The position numbers and the translations under genes were made by a program. Under the pieces are notes generated by a model, which was not told the origin of the DNA, made no database searches, and saw only the letters and a program-made list of their open reading frames with translations. Below are positions 1 to 8,954 of a stretch of DNA of 32,000 nucleotides, one piece after another. Source of the DNA: Nitrosospira multiformis ATCC 25196 (lineage in GTDB: Bacteria > Pseudomonadota > Gammaproteobacteria > Burkholderiales > Nitrosomonadaceae). Each line of letters starts with the position of its first letter. The first letter of the stretch is position 1. Where the stretch lies: the NCBI RefSeq assembly GCF_000196355.1, contig NC_007614.1, positions 1,860,001 to 1,892,000 on the forward strand. Direction: 5' to 3'.

Positions 1-364
1 GTGGATTGAAACCGGAAACAATAAGATTACCTTCCGGCATCAATACCCGCTGCACCTCACGGAGTATCTGATGAGGATTGGAACTGAATTCGAGCATATG
101 GGGCATAAGCACGAGGTCGGTGCTATTCGTCTCGATCGGCAGAAAGTCAGGAGCGGCAAGAACGTCGGCTCCTTTTTCAGGGGCCGCACAAAACTTGAGT
201 GGCATACGGTTCGTGCGCAGGAAATCGTATTGCGGAAACCCGACCTGCACCGCGTTGTAACCGAACACGTTTGCCACCGCCTTATCGAAATATTTCTGCT
301 CCCGTTCCAGCAGATACTGGCCCAGGCAAGTTTCAAACCACTCGACTATACTTTTGGTTTGCAT
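1..364 (-). CDS. SAM-dependent methyltransferase, partial (runs off the left edge)
   Basis: Manual reverse-strand translation from ATG at 364: MQTKSIVEWFETCLGQYLLEREQKYFDKAVANVFGYNAVQVGFPQYDFLRTNR...DLVLMPHMLEFSSNPHQILREVQRVLMPEGNLIVSGFNP; typical methyltransferase module next to gloB. Not in the ORF track because it lacks a stop inside the window. Confidence 0.85.
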   Translation of the reverse strand, partial: MQTKSIVEWFETCLGQYLLEREQKYFDKAVANVFGYNAVQVGFPQYDFLRTNRMPLKFCAAPEKGADVLAAPDFLPIETNSTDLVLMPHMLEFSSNPHQILREVQRVLMPEGNLIVSGFNP

Positions 365-526
365 ATTTAACGTCAACTGGCGTTCAACCAGGAGTGCTAT
401 GACTCGATCATGTAAAATCGCTCAGCTCATGAATCAGCAGAAATATCCATCTGCCTGACCTGTTGCTCACCCTTCGGCACCTCCGCCGGCTGCTAGCCGC
501 CTCAAAACACCTGAATAGCGCCTATC

Positions 527-1321
527 ATGACTACTACTCCCAATATCGTTCCGATTCACGCTTTCAAGGACAATTACATCTGGCTCATCCGCGATCATTA
601 TCATGCTGCCGTTATAGATCCTGGCGATGCGTCCCCTGTCCTGGATTATCTGAGCCGCGAAAAGCTGAAGCTCATCGCCATTCTCAATACTCATCACCAT
701 CCCGATCACGTCGGCGGAAATGCTGAACTGTTGCGGGAATTTGCCGTACCCGTCTTTGGGCCGGCGAAAGAATCGATTCCGACGCTCACCCATCGTCTCA
801 AGGAATGCAGTGATATAGAAAACGAAGAAGGCTGTGTATATCTTCCGGAATTCTCACTCAGCTTCCGCGTGCTCGATATCCCTGGTCACACCTCCGGCCA
901 CATCGCCTATTATGGCGCAAACATGCTCTTTTGTGGTGACACCCTGTTTGGCTGCGGGTGCGGACGATTGTTCGAAGGTACAGCGCAGCAAATGGTCGAC
1001 TCCCTGAAAAAACTGGCGGATTTGCCCAAGGATACGCTGATCTATTGCGGCCATGAATACACGCTCAGCAATATCCGCTTCGCAAGGACAGTCGAACCTG
1101 GCAATCAAGCATTGGCGAAGCGCGAAGTGGAAGCCGAAAAATTGCGTAACGAAGGCCTGCCCACCCTGCCCTCCACCATTGCGCTGGAAAAAGCGACCAA
1201 TCCGTTCCTGCGCTGTACTGAAGCGGAAGTCATCGAAAGCGCCAGCAACCATGCGGGGAAACCGTTAAACGACCGTGTCAGCGTATTTGCCGCCATCCGG
1301 GAATGGAAAAATCACTTTTGA
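527..1321 (+). CDS. gloB: hydroxyacylglutathione hydrolase (glyoxalase II)
   Basis: 264-aa ORF with MBL motif THHHPDHVGG, N-terminal IPAFKDNYIWLI-like segment, C-terminal NPFLRC. Confidence 0.96.
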   Translation: MTTTPNIVPIHAFKDNYIWLIRDHYHAAVIDPGDASPVLDYLSREKLKLIAILNTHHHPDHVGGNAELLREFAVPVFGPAKESIPTLTHRLKECSDIENEEGCVYLPEFSLSFRVLDIPGHTSGHIAYYGANMLFCGDTLFGCGCGRLFEGTAQQMVDSLKKLADLPKDTLIYCGHEYTLSNIRFARTVEPGNQALAKREVEAEKLRNEGLPTLPSTIALEKATNPFLRCTEAEVIESASNHAGKPLNDRVSVFAAIREWKNHF

Positions 1322-1571
1322 CATTATCTTTTTCTATACGTCGGTTCTCCAACAGCTTGTGCCGAAAATAAATTTGAATGGTGAAGCAATTGCGTTGTCC
1401 TAATTTTGTGCTTTACTTGGGGTCTTTACTTGGGGTACTCGCTACAACCCCTGCACGCACGCAAAAAATAGCAGGATTAGCGCTCCAGTCATGGAATACT
1501 GATTTCCGAATCCATGACGTCATCCACTCCGCCGCTCACTGTAGCGGCGCTACGCTTTCGGAGGACAATAC

Positions 1572-2705
1572 ATGAACCCATTGGAACAGCTATTGCAATG
1601 CGGACAAGCCGTCTGGCTGGATTCGATCAGTCGCGACCTCATCAAGAGCGGGCAACTGCAGCGCCTGGTAACCGGAGACAAGCTGCATGGCCTGACAAGC
1701 AATCCCACTATTTTCGAGCAGGCGATCGGGCACAGCGATGCTTACGACAACGCGCTGCGCCAGCTATTGCGAACCAATGAAAAACAAACCGAAAAGGCCC
1801 TGTTCGATGCGCTGGCTATCGAGGATATTCGCATGGCCGCAGATGTGTTGCGGTCCGTATATGATGAAACCCATGGTGGGGACGGGTACGTCAGCCTGGA
1901 GGTATCACCCCACCTGGCACGCGATACCGGAGGCAGTATCGCAGAAGCCAAGCGCTTATGGCAAGCCGTGGAGCGGCCCAATCTCATGATTAAAATCCCC
2001 GCTACTCCCGAGGGAATTCCAGCAATTGAGCAACTGATAAGCGAAGGCATCAACGTCAATGTCACCCTGATGTTCTCCCTGCGCCACTATGAGGCCGTGG
2101 CACATGCATACATTACGGGGCTTGAACGCCGTGATGCTTATTCGCCCGGCGGAAACAAGATATGGCCCGTTTCGGTCGCCTCTTTTTTTGTCAGCCGGGT
2201 GGATAACATAATCGATCCCATGCTGGAAAGGATCGGCACCCAGGAAGCGCTCGCCTTGCGCGGGAAAATTGCCATTGCCAATGCCAAACTTGCCTATCAA
2301 CGCTTCCGTGAGATATTTTACGGAGAGCCATTTGATTCCTGGCGCAAAAAAGGTATACACGCCCAGCGGCCATTATGGGCCAGCACCAGCACAAAAAATC
2401 CTGCATATTCGGATGTGTTGTACGTCGAGGAATTGGTCGGCCCCGACACCGTCAATACGATGCCACTCAAAACGCTGGAAGCATTCCGGGATCACGGGCG
2501 GACTAGCAAAACCCTTGGAAAAGGACTGGCACAAGCTGAGGCCGACGTGGCCCAGCTTAAGGAGCTGGGGATCGATCTCAATGCAGTTACCGAAAAACTT
2601 CAAAATGACGGAGTCGATTCGTTCGCCGCATCCTATGACAAGCTTCTTGCCTCACTGAGGAAAAAGCGCCAGGAAATTCTCACTACCAGCGACCAGACAG
2701 CCTGA
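1572..2705 (+). CDS. tal: transaldolase
   Basis: 377-aa ORF; GLTSNPTIFEQAI, RPNLMIKIPATPEGIPAIEQLISEGINVNVTLMFS, WASTSTKNPAYSD. Confidence 0.96.
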   Translation: MNPLEQLLQCGQAVWLDSISRDLIKSGQLQRLVTGDKLHGLTSNPTIFEQAIGHSDAYDNALRQLLRTNEKQTEKALFDALAIEDIRMAADVLRSVYDETHGGDGYVSLEVSPHLARDTGGSIAEAKRLWQAVERPNLMIKIPATPEGIPAIEQLISEGINVNVTLMFSLRHYEAVAHAYITGLERRDAYSPGGNKIWPVSVASFFVSRVDNIIDPMLERIGTQEALALRGKIAIANAKLAYQRFREIFYGEPFDSWRKKGIHAQRPLWASTSTKNPAYSDVLYVEELVGPDTVNTMPLKTLEAFRDHGRTSKTLGKGLAQAEADVAQLKELGIDLNAVTEKLQNDGVDSFAASYDKLLASLRKKRQEILTTSDQTA

Positions 2706-2755
2706 ACCGGTCCAAGATTATTATTCAACAGAGAACAATTGCCAAGGGAGGGATC

Positions 2756-3661
2756 ATGGAACTGGGAATGATTGGATTGGGGCGAATGGGAGGCGCGATG
2801 TCGCAACGGCTGCTGCAGGCGGGACACCAGGTGTCGGGTTACGCCCGCAGCACTGATACCATGAAGCAGTTGGAAGAAAAAGGCCTCGTCGCCGCCTCCT
2901 CGGTGGAGGATCTGGTTAGCAAATTGAAGCCACAACGCATCATCTGGCTGATGATTCCGTCAGGAAAACCGGTGGATGAAACCATCGGCATCTTGATGCC
3001 GCTGCTGGAGGCTGATGACGTTATCATCGATGGCGGAAACTCGGATTACAAGGATACTCTGCGCCGGGCGGAAACGCTCAGGGCACGTCAGATTCACTAT
3101 GTAGACGTGGGCACCAGCGGCGGTGTCTGGGGCCTTGAAAACGGCTACAGTATGATGGTGGGCGGCGACGATGGCGTGGTGTCACACCTGGAACCCCTCT
3201 TTGAAACTCTTGCTCCCGGCCCAAATAAAGGATGGGGTCACGTTGGTCCGTGCGGGGCCGGTCATTTTACCAAAATGATCCACAATGGCATCGAGTACGG
3301 AATAATGCAGGCCTACGGCGAAGGTTTTGCGATCATGCACCATAAGGAAGAATTCAAGCTGGACTTGCATCAGGTTGCGGAAATCTGGCGCTACGGCAGC
3401 GTGATTCAATCCTGGCTGCTCGATCTGACCGCTGCTGCCCTGGAAAAAAACCCGGGTCTTGAAGGCATTGCACCCTATGTTGCCGATTCCGGAGAGGGAC
3501 GCTGGACGGTAGCCGAGGCGATAGACCTGAACGTCGCCGCGCCTGTCATTACCTTGTCGTTGTTGCAACGATTGCAATCACGGGATTCTGATTCGTTCTC
3601 CGACAAGCTGCTATCGGCGCTCCGCAATCAATTCGGCGGACATGCGATGAAGAAGGAGTAG
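2756..3661 (+). CDS. gnd: 6-phosphogluconate dehydrogenase, short (decarboxylating) form
   Basis: 301-aa ORF; N-terminal MELGMIGLGRMGGAMSQRL Rossmann motif, IIDGGNSDYKDT, VDVGTSGGVWGLENGYSMMVGG, KMIHNGIEYGIMQAYGEG. Confidence 0.95.
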   Translation: MELGMIGLGRMGGAMSQRLLQAGHQVSGYARSTDTMKQLEEKGLVAASSVEDLVSKLKPQRIIWLMIPSGKPVDETIGILMPLLEADDVIIDGGNSDYKDTLRRAETLRARQIHYVDVGTSGGVWGLENGYSMMVGGDDGVVSHLEPLFETLAPGPNKGWGHVGPCGAGHFTKMIHNGIEYGIMQAYGEGFAIMHHKEEFKLDLHQVAEIWRYGSVIQSWLLDLTAAALEKNPGLEGIAPYVADSGEGRWTVAEAIDLNVAAPVITLSLLQRLQSRDSDSFSDKLLSALRNQFGGHAMKKE

Positions 3662-3700
3662 CCGTACGATCAAACCCTTAGACTCCGAAATCTAAAGTTT

Positions 3701-4070
3701 TCCGAGTAGTTCAACCTTATAAAGCCTCATTTTCCCTTGTCCCATGGGGTTCCCCAAGTGGACGATCTGCGAGTGCTCAGCGGGATTATTTACGTGATAA
3801 GGAACGGCCGTAATGGAAGGACGCTCCCCAAAACCACGACCCGCACAAGGCGCTCTATAATCGCTTCGCGCGTTGGAGCGGATGAGCGTTTTCACCCGCA
3901 TTTTTGCGGGACTGGCCAAGCCAGAACACGGACTGGCTGATGATTGACCCGCGCATCTCAAGCCACGTCCTACGGCGCTCAGCCCGTTAAAAAGGAGATG
4001 TCTCCCGCTGTATCGGACGTACTAAGGGCGCCTGAACTCCAAACTTCACGCCGTCTGCGATGGCTGGGGA
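3701..4070 (+). pseudogene. decayed IS5-family transposase relic, diverged from the two intact copies at 21.7 and 23.1 kb
   Basis: Nucleotide similarity by eye, e.g. ttcaaccttataaagcctcattttcccttgtcccatggggttccccaagtggacgatctgcg versus ttcaaccgtataaaaccttattttcccttgtcccacggagttccccgtgttgatgatctgcg at ~21830; similarity resumes through gttaaaaaggagatgtctcccgctgtatcgg. Several frame breaks. Confidence 0.85.
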
Positions 4071-4092
4071 AATCCTCTCGTCCGGTTGCATA

Positions 4093-4200
4093 AAAGTGTT
4101 GACCTATGATTTCCTCAGTCGTATAGCCTTTAAACCTCTGCGCACCAACATTCCAACTACAGACGCGACCTTCGCGGGCTGAGCATGCCCAGCGCGCAGT
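4093..4200 (-). pseudogene. PAS-domain sensor protein fragment
   Basis: Reverse-strand peptide VCSWNVGAQRFKGYTTEEIIGQHF matches the classical PAS motif (WNxGAxRxxGYxxEEIIGxHF); reading frame then runs into the IS5 relic. Confidence 0.65.
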
Positions 4201-4365
4201 CAGTGACCCTGGCAATATAAATAGCCGAAAGCGTTCTGATTCAGCATATTGACTCGATAGAAGCAGGAGAAGGTACCATTACGAATAATCCGGTTCTGTT
4301 GCAATGTGGAAAGAAAAACAACGCGATGGCAAATCAGCAAAAGTTGACGGATGTCATCATAAATA

Positions 4366-4391
4366 CACTTAAAACATAAACAAGTTTACAA
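4366..4391 (+). promoter_or_regulatory. putative shared upstream element of paralog 1
   Basis: CACTTAAAACATAAACAAGTTTACAA, similar to 5786 and 8727 elements. Confidence 0.5.
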
Positions 4392-4472
4392 AGTTTCGAA
4401 ATTCACATATTCTTCACCCATAGAAGCTGGATGTTAACGTGACTGATCCGTTATCCAAAATGCTGAAGAGGT

Positions 4473-4913
4473 GTGATGATGAAGATCGATAAAATTATCG
4501 CTACTACGTTCTCCCTGCTCAGCTTTATAGTCGCGGTGAGCTTTCCCGTTCCGGCAACGGCCGAGGCGGAAAGTTTTGATGTCGATGCAGCGTCGCGTAA
4601 CGCGGTGACCAGAAGTGATCACGAAGCTGTCGCCAGATATTACGACAACGCGGCCGTGGAGATGCATGCAAAAGCACAAGAGCAGAAACGCCTGCTCGAG
4701 CAGTATGAGGATAAAAGCTATCTCTACGGTAGAGAAGCCCAGGACATGCTGGCCCATACTTACGCATTGGCACGCAAGTATGAGAAGGAGACGCAGGCCA
4801 ATACGAGGGAAGCAGCCCTGCATCGGCAAATGGCTGCGCAACTCGAAGAGAACACTCCCCTCACCCCCAGTGGCAGTCTTCAAAAGCTGAGCACGATTTC
4901 AGACCTGCATTAG
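4473..4913 (+). CDS. exported small helical protein, YLYG/HRQMA paralog 1
   Basis: 146-aa ORF; N-terminal signal peptide (MMMKIDKIIATTFSLLSFIVAVSFPVPATAEA); core EAVARYYDNAAVEMHAKAQEQKRLLEQYEDKSYLYGREAQDM..HTYALARKYEKE...REAALHRQMA shared with two other ORFs in the window. ATG alternatives at 4476/4479. Confidence 0.85.
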   Translation: MMMKIDKIIATTFSLLSFIVAVSFPVPATAEAESFDVDAASRNAVTRSDHEAVARYYDNAAVEMHAKAQEQKRLLEQYEDKSYLYGREAQDMLAHTYALARKYEKETQANTREAALHRQMAAQLEENTPLTPSGSLQKLSTISDLH

Positions 4914-5375
4914 GCTCTGTTCCTGCCTGAGTTAACCTCAGGATAATGTAATCGGAAACGGCACTGTACGGATGAACACCTGTATATTGCTATCAATGTT
5001 TCATGCCTTCAGGCTATCTTACCCCTCGGTTCCGGGAATACTTTCCCTCTTTTCTGAATTGTTGCGGAATCTCAACCGTTACAAAACCCGCTGGACCCTC
5101 AAAATTTTCTACGTCACTCTGGAACAACGTCCCAGTAAACGCCTTTCTGATCAAGCAAAAAGCTCAATGCCGGATCAGTCATTTTTCGACTGATCGAAAA
5201 ACGGAAATTAACGCAAGATTGACAAGCCTCAACTAAAGCAAGTTTTTATCGAAAAATACTTTACAAATGTGATTTCATCACATATTCTTCACACATGCTT
5301 CACAAACGTAGTAAGAAGTAACAAACGCAGCTTCAAAAAGTAGCTTTTTTCGCTATTGATTTCGTGGAGGGTATG

Positions 5376-5564
5376 ATGATTAAGGGCAGAACAGTGGGCA
5401 TTTTCTATTCGATGAGCCTGGCCGTTGCGCTGGTTTTTGCTGGGTTTAATGCTGCGGGTGTCGCCACTGCCAAAGAAAACAGCTATTCCATCGCAACTGT
5501 CGATAAGAGCAATTACAGAGTAGCCGCCTTACAAAAATCCGTTGTACTTACAGAAGTTCGCTAA
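5376..5564 (+). CDS. small exported peptide of unknown function
   Basis: ORF track 5364..5564 starts with GTG; ATG at 5373 or 5376 after a ggagg ribosome-binding-like sequence. Product MIKGRTVGIFYSMSLAVALVFAGFNAAGVATAKENSYSIATVDKSNYRVAALQKSVVLTEVR has a signal-peptide-like N terminus. Confidence 0.5.
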   Translation: MIKGRTVGIFYSMSLAVALVFAGFNAAGVATAKENSYSIATVDKSNYRVAALQKSVVLTEVR

Positions 5565-5589
5565 CATTCTTTCAAAATAGAACAAACGC

Positions 5590-5632
5590 GCCGATGCAAT
5601 GTTGAGTGTATTTTTCTGCCCATTGCATCGGC
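5590..5632. promoter_or_regulatory. perfect 12-bp inverted repeat just downstream of the small peptide gene
   Basis: GCCGATGCAATG (5590-5601) and CATTGCATCGGC (5621-5632) separated by 19 nt. Confidence 0.6.
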
Positions 5633-5785
5633 ACCCTCCTGGTAACATCCTTCCTCAGTAAAAATCCCTGCGCTATTGCCGCAGGATGCGCATATTTCCC
5701 CGGGATAACCGCTACGGCACTCGGCTCCATTCGCTATCCGCCGGGCTCTCGAGAACCTGGCTGTAACCCTGTACCTTGCCTGAGC

Positions 5786-5811
5786 CACTTTAAACATAAA
5801 AATTGACGAAG
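5786..5811 (+). promoter_or_regulatory. putative shared upstream element of paralog 2
   Basis: CACTTTAAACATAAAAATTGACGAAG. Confidence 0.55.
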
Positions 5812-5882
5812 CAACTTACATAAACTAGCATTAAGCACGTTCACCGTTTTTTACCTGCTAAATCCTTTGCTCCGGTAAAACA

Positions 5883-6359
5883 ATGAGACAGGCTTGCCCT
5901 CTGCTTATCATATTGATTTTACTAATACCCGTTGCCCAGGCGGCTGATCATTCTGGTATCCGGATCACCCAGACCCTTGCACAGAATGATGAGCAGAACC
6001 CAAATGCTCGCGAGGTGGTCGAGAGATATTTCGAAGATGAGCTCATGAAAAAACATGAGACGGTTGCCAAATACTACGAAGATGAAGCAGGAAAGTCACG
6101 GGCGAAGATAAGGGAACTGAGGGGGATGCTTGCGCATTACGAGGAAAAAAGCTACCTGTACGGAAAAAAAGCCCAGGACCTGCAAGCACATACTGAAGCC
6201 CTGGTAAGAAAATATGAAGAGGCTGCAAAGGCAGATGCAAGAGAAGCTGCCTCTCACCGTCAAATTGCTTTGGCATTTAAAGAAAAAAATCACCCTGATT
6301 CGAAAACTCAAAAAGTAAGCATTGTTGAATCCTATGGTTCGACTGTTCCATTAAAATAA
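5883..6359 (+). CDS. exported small helical protein, YLYG/HRQ paralog 2
   Basis: 158-aa ORF; signal peptide MRQACPLLIILILLIPVAQAA; core ETVAKYYEDEAGKSRAKIRELRGMLAHYEEKSYLYGKKAQDLQAHTEALVRKYEEAAKADAREAASHRQIA. Confidence 0.87.
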   Translation: MRQACPLLIILILLIPVAQAADHSGIRITQTLAQNDEQNPNAREVVERYFEDELMKKHETVAKYYEDEAGKSRAKIRELRGMLAHYEEKSYLYGKKAQDLQAHTEALVRKYEEAAKADAREAASHRQIALAFKEKNHPDSKTQKVSIVESYGSTVPLK

Positions 6360-6760
6360 GAGTAAAGAGCGGAGGCAGGAGCATACGGAGAAATTCCAGC
6401 GGCATAGCCAAACTCCCACTTTTTCCCTTCATCGCCGCGGACGGCCGCGTCCTGCGCCAGTCCATCAAGATACTTCCCCAGATTCCCTTACTGACGACTT
6501 ATTGGAGCCGGCTGGAATCCGCTAAATGATGATGGCCTGGAGGCTACCGATATCCGCTGAAACCTGGTCGTTTGTCCTGCCTATCAACTGCCGAGCCGGC
6601 TTCCAGCCATGATATGTTGAACAGGTTATCTGGAATATGAGCATTACAAACAATTACCGCGATAATCAGCCGGTCCACAATAATTTATGAGCGGTGGATT
6701 CCAGATAAATAAGAAGCGAATGGATTTGAGCCTTCGATATTCAACTTCTCAAGGATACTT

Positions 6761-7165
6761 ATGCAAAATTTCCTCCGAAATGATGATTTAGGTAAATTGA
6801 TTCTGCGCCTGACTGTAGGAGTATTGATACTATTTCACGGGCTGCACAAAATACTTAACCCCGCATCCCTTGACTTCATCAGCAAGCAACTGACCGGCAT
6901 CGATTTGCCACCCGTACTGGCTTACGGCGTTTACCTCGGTGAAGTCGTCGCGCCGCTAATGGTGATCTTCGGCCTTTTCTCGCGTCTCGGCGGTTTGCTG
7001 ATCTTCGGTAACATGATTTTTGCGCTTTTATTGGCCCACTCTGATCAGTTATTTACGTTCACCAACACGGGAGGCTGGGCGCTTGAATTGCAAGGGTTTT
7101 ATTTATTCTCGGGTCTTGCGATATTTTTCCTGGGTAGCGGAAGATGGGCCGTCCGGCAAGACTGA
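6761..7165 (+). CDS. DoxX family membrane protein
   Basis: 134-aa ORF with RLTVGVLILFHGLHKI...GVYLGEVVAPLMVIFGLFSRLGGLLIFGNM, typical DoxX architecture. Confidence 0.9.
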   Translation: MQNFLRNDDLGKLILRLTVGVLILFHGLHKILNPASLDFISKQLTGIDLPPVLAYGVYLGEVVAPLMVIFGLFSRLGGLLIFGNMIFALLLAHSDQLFTFTNTGGWALELQGFYLFSGLAIFFLGSGRWAVRQD

Positions 7166-7228
7166 CCAAGCCCCCCATGTCAATGTTCATTATGGTTACA
7201 CATCAAAATAACAAAGGAATCTCTACTG

Positions 7229-7942
7229 ATGGAATCAACCGATCTCCGACAATACAGATGGCATGAATACGCCGACCTGACCGCCCTTCAGGATGCAGCG
7301 GTGGCTGCTATCCTGGATAGCGCCGCCTCTGCCATTCAGGAGCGTGGACGCTTTAATCTCGTTCTTGCCGGGGGTGAATCACCGCGTGCAATCTATCGGA
7401 GATTATGCAGCGCCCCAGCAGATTGGTCTCTCTGGCATATCTATTATGGAGACGAACGCTGCATGCCACCCACTCAGGAAGAACTGAATTCCCATATGGT
7501 AGAGGAAGCATGGCTTAGCCATGTGCCCATTCCTCCAGTCCAGATTCATACCATCCCCAATGGTCCTCGCGCAGATAAAGCTGCGGAAGCGTACGCACAA
7601 ACACTGCGCGGTGCAGGTTATTTCGACTTGACGCTGCTCGGGCTCGGTTCGGATGGCCACACCGCAAGCCTGTTCCCGGGTAATGATTGGGGAATGGCGC
7701 CGGATTCGCCCGATACACTGGCAATATTCAATTCCCCCAAGCGGCCCCCACAGCGCGTGTCACTGAGTGCGGCACGTTTAAATCGTTCGCGAAGGATAAT
7801 ATTTCTGGTAAGCGGTGAATCAAAGCATAAGGCGGTAGCAAGGTGGCGCGCCGGGGAGAATATACCGGCCAGGGCTATAATGGGAGAAAACGGTGTGGAT
7901 ATACTTGTGGAATCGACGTTACTGTTGCCGTCGAAGGGGTGA
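7229..7942 (+). CDS. pgl: 6-phosphogluconolactonase
   Basis: 237-aa ORF; NLVLAGGESPRAIYRRL, WHIYYGDERCMPP, FDLTLLGLGSDGHTASLFPG. Confidence 0.95.
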   Translation: MESTDLRQYRWHEYADLTALQDAAVAAILDSAASAIQERGRFNLVLAGGESPRAIYRRLCSAPADWSLWHIYYGDERCMPPTQEELNSHMVEEAWLSHVPIPPVQIHTIPNGPRADKAAEAYAQTLRGAGYFDLTLLGLGSDGHTASLFPGNDWGMAPDSPDTLAIFNSPKRPPQRVSLSAARLNRSRRIIFLVSGESKHKAVARWRAGENIPARAIMGENGVDILVESTLLLPSKG

Positions 7943-7983
7943 TGGGATTTAAATCAATAAAAAATAAAATAGAAAATAGAGGC

Positions 7984-8013
7984 AAAAAAAAGGAGTAGAA
8001 ACTACTCCTTTTT
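7984..8013. terminator. bidirectional hairpin terminator between convergent pgl and regulator genes
   Basis: aaaaaaaggagtag-aaa-ctactcctttttt: ~12-bp stem, 3-nt loop, A-tract/T-tract on both sides. Confidence 0.85.
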
Positions 8014-8643
8014 GGATACAAACCTGAATCGACATAATTCTCCCCCGCGAGCCATACATTCATGTTGCTCAACCTTGCTGTCGGTAAAAGTTTCCATGAG
8101 GCCGCGGTCGAGGTGGCAGATTTCCATATCTTTTGCCGCCATCTGGTGGAATACGCAATTATCCGCTTCAATCACCTTTTCGCCGTTTGGCAAGGTAGCA
8201 CTTTTCGCGTTGTAGCCAAGCTGATCCATTACTTCTGTCAGCTTGTCAATTTTTTCCTCCTTTGTATTCAAGTCCGGATATTGACCCCGTATCTGCTCTG
8301 CGATACCTGCACCGATTTCGGACAAACGCTTACCCATGTTTTCAACGCCTTCTTCGCGCCGAACCGAGGCCAACACCAGTTGGGCCAGCCAGGAATACTG
8401 GCGGGGAAAACTCTCCTTTCCAAGTTCGGTAAGAACGTAAAGCTGTTGAGGCCTTCCGCCCCCTGACGGGCGTGTATTTCCAGCCGTTACCAGACCGGCG
8501 CCCTCCAGGGAAGAAAGATGTTGCCGAACTGCGTTTCTTGTAATCTCCAGACCTTTTGAAAGTTCATCCACGCTCAGGCCTGGCCTGCTCCCACGCAAAA
8601 GCTTGAGCAATTGCTTCTGCCGTTCACCTATCGTATTTAGCAT
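8002..8643 (-). CDS. winged-helix transcriptional regulator with C-terminal Cys/His-rich region (SufR/COG2345-like)
   Basis: N-terminal HTH (GLSVDELSKGLEITRNAVRQHLSSLEGAGLV..GRPQQLYVLTELG); C-terminal CVFHQMA..EICHLDRGLMETF..EQHECMARGGELCRFRF. Confidence 0.85.
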   Translation of the reverse strand: MLNTIGERQKQLLKLLRGSRPGLSVDELSKGLEITRNAVRQHLSSLEGAGLVTAGNTRPSGGGRPQQLYVLTELGKESFPRQYSWLAQLVLASVRREEGVENMGKRLSEIGAGIAEQIRGQYPDLNTKEEKIDKLTEVMDQLGYNAKSATLPNGEKVIEADNCVFHQMAAKDMEICHLDRGLMETFTDSKVEQHECMARGGELCRFRFVSKKE

Positions 8644-8726
8644 CTGATATACCCCCTTCCACCCCCGTCATATGAGAATTAGCGGCTTCATTATAGACTA
8701 CTGGCAGCCTGCGCCTTGTCTTTAGA

Positions 8727-8754
8727 CACTTTAAACATATAATAGTTGACAAAA
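8727..8754 (+). promoter_or_regulatory. putative shared upstream element of paralog 3
   Basis: CACTTTAAACATATAATAGTTGACAAAA. Confidence 0.55.
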
Positions 8755-8954
8755 TAGCTATAATTTCTTACAATTCCTTCATAAATAAAGAATAATCGGG
8801 GCCCGATCCGCCTTGATTCTGCTTTCACCCTAACCCTGCCCCTGATTTCAGGCAGAGCTGTCCTGAAATTGTGATTTATTCTACTCCACTGTTTTTTGTA
8901 ATCTTTTCGCTATCTTTTGGCATTAACCGCATTGATTTTAAAGGAAAGTGCGAC

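Noticed and set aside
8871-8954. Upstream extension of the lipoprotein ORF
   Set aside because: The start at 8955 gives a clean lipoprotein signal peptide (LLAACAQ); the extension would bury it.
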